In this document: positions 35,301 to 40,201 of the stretch, one piece after another
How positions within the stretch are numbered: the first letter of the stretch is position 1
Layout: the number at the start of each line of letters is the position of its first letter
Assembly (NCBI GenBank): GCA_965652255.1
Contig: CBFGVC010000002.1
Location: forward strand, 1 to 40,201
Length of the DNA stretch: 40,201 nucleotides
Direction of reading: 5' to 3'
Source: an uncultured Fibrobacteria bacterium
GTDB lineage: Bacteria; Fibrobacterota; Fibrobacteria; UBA11236
Translations under genes and position numbers: made by a program
The notes under the pieces: model-generated
Told to the model about the DNA's origin: nothing
Databases searched by the model: none
What the model saw: only the letters and a program-made list of their open reading frames with translations

Positions 35301-36736
35301 CGACGGAGGACCTCTTCGCGGTCTGGTTCAAGGGCAACGGGTCCAGCGACACGGGCTATGTTTCCGGCGCGAACGGGATCCTGCTGAAAACCACCAACGG
35401 CGGCACCAACTGGGTCGCCATGTCGACCGGCACCTCGCAGGGACTGCGCGGCGTGTTCGTGCATCCCGCGGGCGCCGACACGGCGGTCGCGGTGGGTGGT
35501 AACGGCACCATCCTCAAGGTCGGGAAGATCTCGGGCAAGGGCGCTGCGCAGGCGCTTCGCGGGGTGCATTTCCCTACGCTGGCCATCGGGTATCTCGCCG
35601 GTGATTCGGGTGTCATCGCCCGCAGCATCGACAGCGGCAAGACCTGGGTGGCCCGGACAAGCGGCGTGAACACTCCCCTGCGTTCGGTTTATTTCGCCTC
35701 CGCGTCCACCGGATGGGCCGTGGGCGACGGGGGTGTGATCCGCAAGACAACCGACAGCGGCGCGACCTGGAATCCCCAAACAAGCGGCACGGGATCGAAT
35801 CTCACGCGGGTCCGCTTCTCCGACGCGAACAACGGCTGGATCTCGGGCGAAAACGGCGTGATCCTTCGCACCACCAATGCAGGCACGAACTGGACCGCGC
35901 AAACGAGCGGCGTGTCCACCAGCCTGGCGAGCGTGTTCGCGGCGAGTTCCGACACGGGTTATGCCGTCGGAGCCGGCGGCGTCATGCGCAGGACGATCTC
36001 CCAAGGCGTCGCGCACATCCCGCAAACCCACCACATCAACGGGTTCTACGCCCGCAACGACTCGCTGTACCTGGTCGGAGACGGGGCCACCGCGTATCGC
36101 AGCCGCAACGGCGGATCCTCGTGGACCCAGCTCACCGGCGCCACGCAAAATCTCAACGCCGTTTTCTCCACGGGAAACAACGCTTACATCGTGGGCAACG
36201 GGGGGCAGATCGTCACCATCAACCACTCGACCTCGAGCACGTCGCTGATAACCCGAACCAGCAACACCATCCGCAACCTGCACGGCGTGTGGGGCGCGCC
36301 CACCGTCGGCTCCACGCGCATCCACGCCGTGGGCGACTCCGGCACGATCCAGATGCTCCTGGGCGGCGTGGACAGCGCATGGCAAACCTTGGGCGGCAGC
36401 CTCAGCGAATCCTTGCGAAACGTCCAGTGTTCAGGGGTCGGGCTCGGGGAGAAATTCTGCTGGACGGTCGGTGACAACGAGATGGTGCTCCGCACCGAGG
36501 ACGTGGACTGGTCCTTGCTGACCCGCGGGGCGAAGGTGTTCGACAGGCTGCTGACCTTCAAGTACATGAAAGTCGGCACGGTCGATACGGTGCTGATCCA
36601 GGCCATCGATCGCGAGTCGCCCTTGCGCGGGTACGAGAAGCGAGTCATCGTGAACATCGGCGCGGGCCAGGATACGACGATCACGACGGGCCTGACCCGT
36701 TGCGGTTACGGCGGCCCGGCCTGCACCTCGCCCTGA
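32399..36736 (+). CDS. Paralogous lipoprotein P7 with a 28-blade Asp-box propeller array (about four 7-bladed propellers)
   Basis: The ATG at 32399 gives a signal peptide ending ATALFASC with a lipobox. The family N-module is a divergent subtype (SLRNWKARFYTID, RRDTVHIDSVVF, AAFAILRARF). I counted 28 units of ~40-45 aa of the form L-x-x-V-x-F...G-W/Y-A-V-G-D-x-G-x-I-x-K-T-x-D/N-G-G-x-x-W, at about 33029-36513. Confidence 0.85.
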   Translation: MIVGNTSRFPNRPRASHLVARAAFGVLATALFASCLLDPDRGGSQSARSGAPGYVGFELSLERNQRALGKAMAGGDTTFTLDSLIIVLTAPGADTIVERLSISGRADTGAIDVAPRFYTLLSLRNWKARFYTIDTTVTPSRRDTVHIDSVVFAVRPADTTMVTKTVSAAFAILRARFYSDKRDSLGAGIRFVRIRVRGATRDSIALTGDVLNAVWFANPATGWAVMDTGRILKSTDSGRTWFPQPSGTTAHLRTLSFASTSIGWVAGDDGVIRKTTNGGTSWSAQASGTTRRIRRIFFVDVDKGYVVGDSGLVLKTVNGGSDWFPIHGGWLGMNVGAGSTTLNDVWFSGATGYVVGNGGMIRRSTDHGATWNAMTSPTGNNLVNLAFGSASAVYAAGAAGTISKYNGTSWSNLSTGTTQALSGIHFGDANRGWAVGNAETAIRTVNGSGWSRAAAGWNPKTSGTSNALNSVNFGGADTGWAAGASGTLRKTVNGGQNWGAVASGTSGDLNAVYAANGTKAWAVGAGETIVRTANGTDWSEALPWFALASNTTDSLLSIHFGSATNGIAVGAGGRVSRTSTSGNNWTASTSGSNRLNAVWMRDGNNAVAVGVGSSNANIRYTTNGGSGWTAVSNSGTSNELRGVWSDAGGTRYFAVGAGGVIRGATTVTANPWTTHTSGTTNRLNAVFSNGSRAWAVGDGGVIRRITTISNTNWSTVTSGTTAQLNGVYFTSNNVGYVVGNGGLIRKCTNSNNNNWTTQASGTTEDLLHVFFRGTSDTGYVTGANGTILKTVNGGAAWTPLATGSSQVLNAVFVRGVAADTVYAAGAGGAILKSTSGGRFSRRGTLQGLRAAHFYNATSGFAVGDSGTLARTLTSGDNWTNLNSGVSTRLNAVFSNGTRAWVVGDGGIIRRITSISATSWSSVTSGTTTQLNGVYFTSNNVGYVVGNGGLIRKCTNSNNNNWATQTSGTTEDLFAVWFKGNGSSDTGYVSGANGILLKTTNGGTNWVAMSTGTSQGLRGVFVHPAGADTAVAVGGNGTILKVGKISGKGAAQALRGVHFPTLAIGYLAGDSGVIARSIDSGKTWVARTSGVNTPLRSVYFASASTGWAVGDGGVIRKTTDSGATWNPQTSGTGSNLTRVRFSDANNGWISGENGVILRTTNAGTNWTAQTSGVSTSLASVFAASSDTGYAVGAGGVMRRTISQGVAHIPQTHHINGFYARNDSLYLVGDGATAYRSRNGGSSWTQLTGATQNLNAVFSTGNNAYIVGNGGQIVTINHSTSSTSLITRTSNTIRNLHGVWGAPTVGSTRIHAVGDSGTIQMLLGGVDSAWQTLGGSLSESLRNVQCSGVGLGEKFCWTVGDNEMVLRTEDVDWSLLTRGAKVFDRLLTFKYMKVGTVDTVLIQAIDRESPLRGYEKRVIVNIGAGQDTTITTGLTRCGYGGPACTSP
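34442..35677 (+). repeat. Intragenic tandem duplication, 2 x 618 bp (five blades per unit) inside P7
   Basis: Unit 1 is 34442-35059 and unit 2 is 35060-35677. The core 34563-34663 differs from 35181-35281 at 1 of 101 positions by my manual alignment. The flanks are visibly more diverged. Each unit has an (AAC)4 tract (34649-60 and 35267-78). Confidence 0.85.
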
Positions 36737-36827
36737 TCGGTTTTCGTCGCTGAAATTTTCTCCGAATTTTCGGGTGATTTCAACGTGCCGGCAGGTTTGC
36801 CAAAATTACATTACCGAGGAATCTGTT

Positions 36828-36840
36828 TGACAGGGTGTCA
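36828..36840. promoter_or_regulatory. Palindrome TGACA-ggg-TGTCA (candidate enhancer/UAS for the P8 sigma54 promoter)
   Basis: This is the same TGACA-N3-TGTCA architecture as 26208-26220. The centre lies 89 nt upstream of the -24 GG at 36923. The adjacent palindrome attgat-tgc-atcaat (36840-36854), AT-rich DNA and an A8 tract (36883-36890) follow. Confidence 0.5.
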
Positions 36841-36921
36841 TTGATTGCATCAATTTTTATTCAAAAATTAGAAATTTTCCCCAAAAAAAAGCCTTGCTAG
36901 TCCGAGTCTAACATGACGTAA

Positions 36922-36937
36922 CGGCCCGGTATTTGCG
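36922..36937 (+). promoter_or_regulatory. sigma54 (-24/-12) promoter candidate for P8
   Basis: CGGCCCGGTATTTGCG has GG at 36923-24 and TTGC at 36933-36, with canonical spacing. It lies 68 nt upstream of the TTG start at 37005. Confidence 0.55.
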
Positions 36938-37004
36938 AACCTACGGGTGGGTTGCCTCGCCATCGTTCAAGCGTGGGGAGAGCGATCGAGGCAAAGGGTC
37001 GATT

Positions 37005-40000
37005 TTGAATTTCCGCCAGATCACTTTGGGTATCCTGAAACCGGCGGCAGTGCTTTCCGCGCTGTCGTTGGCCGCGTGCATGCTCGTGGAGCCGGGCAAG
37101 GCTCCCGGCGCCCGGATTTCGGGTGAGACCGGCTATGTGAACCTGAAGCTCGATCTCGAGCGCAACAAGCGTCGGGCGCTTGGAAAGTCCGCCGCGGCCG
37201 ACACCGCGTTCCAGCTTGACTCGCTGATCGTGGTCCTCGCGGCGCCAGGTTTCTCCGAAGAGACGCACCGCTATCCGATTTCCGGGCGCCCCGACACCGG
37301 GGACATCTCCGTGATGCTGCCGACGTATCAATTGGCGGCGCTCCGGAACTGGACGGCTCGCTTCTACTCCATCGATGAGCGAGTGAGCCCGCCTGGGCGC
37401 GACACCGTGCACATCGACTCGGTGGTGTTCGGCATCTTTCCGGGCGACACGACGGCGGTCTCGAAGATCGTTTCGCCCGCCTTCGCGATTTTACGCGCGC
37501 GATTCGTCTCCTCCCTGGCCGATTCGATCCCCAACAACGTCCTGTGGCTGCGTCTCCGCGTCGATGGCGTGGTGCGCGACTCCCAGCCCGTGGGCGGCAG
37601 CAACGCCAGCCTCAACTGGCTGCAGGCCCTTTCGGGATCGCGGATCGTGGCCATGGGCGACTCGGGCAAGATCCTGCGTTCGAGCAACAACGGTTCCTCG
37701 TGGTCGTTGCAAACCCTTTCGGGCTATCCCGACATGGCCGCGGGCTATTTCCCCAGCGAGACGGAGGGCTTCGCGGTAAGTCGCGCCGGCATGCTTTACA
37801 AGAGCGCGGACAGCGGCAAGACCTGGATTTCGCGGAACGCGTTCCCGGATTCGGTGAACACCGTGTTCATGACGGGTCCCACGGAGGGCTTCGCGGCGGG
37901 CCGGGGCGGGGGCATCTACAAGTTCATCGGAGAAGGATGGACGAAGCATACGACCATCAGCAATACCTCCCAGCGCCTCAACGGGCTTCATTTCCCGAGC
38001 TCTTCGATCGGCTACGCCGTGGGCGAGAACGAGACCATCCTCAAGACCATCAACGGAACCACCGACGGCTACAACGTGCTGTGGAGCGCGGTGGCGGGGG
38101 GGTGGTTTCCCCAGAACAGCCAGACGTCGAGCGACATCCGCGGCGTGCACTTCATCAGCAAGGACACGGCCTGGGTCGTGGGAGCGGGCGGGTACGCGCG
38201 CGTCACTTACGACGGCGGCGCCACGTGGCAGGATCGCAACCGTAATTTCAACATCAACTCCATCAGCTTCTGGGGAGCCTCGAGGGGATGGATGGCGGGA
38301 GATGGCGGCGAGATCCGGCAGTACGTCTCCGAGTACAACTGGAAGTCCGACGTGAACTCGGGGACATCCCAGAACCTTTACGAAATCCGCGCGATCGGAA
38401 ACGACACGGTCTTCGTCGTCGGAGCGAACGGCGCGCTGCGCCGCACCGTCAACGGCTCCGCGGCCTCGCACCTGGTCGTGTGGTCGGGCATGAGCCTTCC
38501 GGTTTCGCAGGCTTCGGCCTGGACGGCCAAGACCAGCAACACGACGACCGCGCTGAACGCGGTGCACTTCGCCAACGCAAACAAGGGCTACGCGGTGGGA
38601 GCGTCGCGCAACGTTTCGGTCACGAGCAACGGCGGCGAAAGTTGGTCCTCGGCATCGGTTGGAAACACCGGCGGAACCTATCACGCCGTGTTCGCGGTCA
38701 ACGCGGACGTGGCCTATATCGGGGGCAGCGGCGGAAACAACAACGGCGCGAACGCGAACTTTCGCCGCACCACGAATGGCGGCTCGAGCTGGACGGGCGT
38801 TCCCTCCGGGATTTCCACCGATATCCGCGGCATCGCCGCCGTTTCCACTTCCGTGGGATGGATCGTGGGCCCGTCGAACGTGATCCGCAGCACGGACAAT
38901 CTCAACGCCGGAACCCCGACCTGGACCGATCGCAATGCCGGCACCGGAAATTACAACGCCATCGACATCACCAGCGACAACGTCTGGGTGGTGGGCGAGA
39001 ATGCCCAAGTACGCCGGGCCTGGGGCAAGGGACATAACGCGGCCTTCTCGGTCGTCAACAACTCCGGTCTCGGTTCCACCAACCTGCGCGCAGTGCAGTT
39101 TCTAGCGAGCGACAACGCCGTGGGCTGGGTCGTTGGCGACGGAGGCCTCATCGCCAAGACCACCAGCGGCACCTGGTCGGTGGACTGGGTTGTCCAGGGC
39201 TCCCCGGTCACGGAGGATCTCGTCGACGTGATGTTCCTCAACGCCGATACCGGTTATGTCACGGGCGCCAACGGAACGGTGCTCAAGACCGTCAACGGCG
39301 GCGCGGTCTGGGCGGTGAGCTCCACCGGCAGCAGCCAGCCCCTGAACGGCGTGCATGCCTGGAACGGAAGCACGGTTGTGGCGGTGGGCGGCGCGGGAAC
39401 CGTGCTCAAGACAACCATCGGCGGCCAGCAGCCCGGCCTGAACCGGAACTTCCGCAGCGTGCACCCGGTCACCTCCTCTCTGGTGTACCTCGCAGGCGAC
39501 AGCGGGACGATCGGCAAGACCACCAACGGCGGCGCGGTTTGGCAGCTCCAGACCTCGGGCACGAGCGCGCACCTTTACGGCATCCACTTCGCCAACGCGA
39601 ACGTCGGGTGGGCGGTGGGCGCGGGCGGCGTCATTCGCAAGACCACCGACGGCGGCGCCAACTGGAACCCGCAAACGAGCAACACCACCCAAAACCTTCG
39701 CTCCGTGCGCGCCGTCTCGGCTGACACGGCCTATGCGACGGGCACCGGCGGCCTCATGCTCAAGACCGTGGACGGCGGCGCGACGTGGTACACCCAGGAA
39801 ACCCCGGCGGGAACGCCTCAACTCAACCGCGTCCACTTCCTGAACGCTTCCGTCGGCTTCGCCGTGGGCGCGAACGGCACCATCCTCAAGGCGGTGAACC
39901 AAGGCGACAACTGGACCGGAGGCGGCATCAAGCGCTCGCTCAAGGGCGTTTACTTCGTCAGCACCACCACGGGGTGGATCGTGGGCGCCGACGGCATCAT

Positions 40001-40201
40001 CCTCAAGACCACCGACGGCGGAGCCACGTGGGTGGAACAGCGCCGGCAGGTCGGACAGACGCTATACGGGGTTTATTTCCGCAGTTCCACCCTGGGTTGG
40101 GTGACGGGCGATAACGGCCTCATCCTCAAGACCACCGACGGCGGTACCAACTGGACGACGCAAACAAGCAACACCTCCATCGCCTTGCGCTGGGTGCAAT
40201 T
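37005..40201 (+). CDS. Paralogous lipoprotein P8 (5' partial view; continues past the window end) with at least 20 Asp-box propeller blades
   Basis: It is absent from the ORF track because there is no stop in the window; the frame is open from 36912. The TTG at 37005 gives (M)NFRQITLGILKPAAVLSALSLAAC with a lipobox; TTG 37026 is an alternative. The first ATG falls after the lipobox Cys. The N-module is closest to P7 (ALRNWTARFYSID, GRDTVHIDSVVF, PAFAILRARF). Blades run through to 40201. Confidence 0.8.
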   Translation, partial: MNFRQITLGILKPAAVLSALSLAACMLVEPGKAPGARISGETGYVNLKLDLERNKRRALGKSAAADTAFQLDSLIVVLAAPGFSEETHRYPISGRPDTGDISVMLPTYQLAALRNWTARFYSIDERVSPPGRDTVHIDSVVFGIFPGDTTAVSKIVSPAFAILRARFVSSLADSIPNNVLWLRLRVDGVVRDSQPVGGSNASLNWLQALSGSRIVAMGDSGKILRSSNNGSSWSLQTLSGYPDMAAGYFPSETEGFAVSRAGMLYKSADSGKTWISRNAFPDSVNTVFMTGPTEGFAAGRGGGIYKFIGEGWTKHTTISNTSQRLNGLHFPSSSIGYAVGENETILKTINGTTDGYNVLWSAVAGGWFPQNSQTSSDIRGVHFISKDTAWVVGAGGYARVTYDGGATWQDRNRNFNINSISFWGASRGWMAGDGGEIRQYVSEYNWKSDVNSGTSQNLYEIRAIGNDTVFVVGANGALRRTVNGSAASHLVVWSGMSLPVSQASAWTAKTSNTTTALNAVHFANANKGYAVGASRNVSVTSNGGESWSSASVGNTGGTYHAVFAVNADVAYIGGSGGNNNGANANFRRTTNGGSSWTGVPSGISTDIRGIAAVSTSVGWIVGPSNVIRSTDNLNAGTPTWTDRNAGTGNYNAIDITSDNVWVVGENAQVRRAWGKGHNAAFSVVNNSGLGSTNLRAVQFLASDNAVGWVVGDGGLIAKTTSGTWSVDWVVQGSPVTEDLVDVMFLNADTGYVTGANGTVLKTVNGGAVWAVSSTGSSQPLNGVHAWNGSTVVAVGGAGTVLKTTIGGQQPGLNRNFRSVHPVTSSLVYLAGDSGTIGKTTNGGAVWQLQTSGTSAHLYGIHFANANVGWAVGAGGVIRKTTDGGANWNPQTSNTTQNLRSVRAVSADTAYATGTGGLMLKTVDGGATWYTQETPAGTPQLNRVHFLNASVGFAVGANGTILKAVNQGDNWTGGGIKRSLKGVYFVSTTTGWIVGADGIILKTTDGGATWVEQRRQVGQTLYGVYFRSSTLGWVTGDNGLILKTTDGGTNWTTQTSNTSIALRWVQ

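Noticed and set aside
36827-36832. TTGACA read as a sigma70 -35 box for P8.
   Set aside because: The best -10 at a 17-nt spacing is TCAATT, which is poor. The hexamer is part of the TGACA-N3-TGTCA palindrome that recurs at 26208, so it is better explained as an operator or UAS.
1-40201. A search for tRNA, rRNA, tmRNA, RNase P RNA and riboswitch-like segments.
   Set aside because: I saw no cloverleaf-compatible segments, rRNA-like conserved blocks or familiar riboswitch cores in the intergenic regions. This needs confirmation with tRNAscan-SE and Infernal.

Overview
This is a high-GC bacterial chromosomal window, roughly two-thirds G+C by eye, so most long antisense ORFs in the track are shadow ORFs. 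Markers suggest an FCB-superphylum-like organism, though no taxon can be proven from sequence alone. The markers are a T9SS-type C-terminal sorting domain, a PorV-like barrel and an AURKAIP1/bS22-like basic mini-protein.

Bases 1-23650 are mostly housekeeping genes:
- a HEAT-repeat protein and a MurC-like Mur ligase
- a 31-aa ultra-basic mini-gene that the ORF track misses
- DUF4321 and truA
- a 1266-aa secreted FG-GAP / degenerate-M6-like protein with a T9SS sorting domain
- slyD, then aguB, a DUF2723 membrane protein and aguA
- trpF and a small OM beta-barrel
- the conserved rpmH-rnpA-yidD-yidC-mnmE block on the minus strand
- an LpxL-like acyltransferase
- a PorV-like barrel carrying an inserted 7-repeat propeller
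- an HU/IHF-like protein

The intergenic spaces in this part hold a modular GC-rich nested-palindrome repeat family. One copy has a perfect 24-bp terminal inverted repeat and looks like a MITE.

Bases 23651-40201 are the unusual part. Eight consecutive same-strand paralogous lipoprotein genes (P1-P8) share an N-terminal module I cannot assign to any family.
- P1-P4 have no propeller.
- P5 and P6 each have exactly 7 Asp-box (Ycf48/BNR-like) blades inserted.
- P7 has 28 blades and contains a recent 618-bp internal tandem duplication.
- P8 has a TTG start, is absent from the ORF track, and shows at least 20 blades before running off the window.

Four of these genes are preceded by correctly spaced sigma54 -24/-12 promoters. 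Three of those four have a TGACA-N3-TGTCA-type palindrome about 90-130 bp upstream. No sigma54 activator, rpoN, rRNA, tRNA or CRISPR array was seen.
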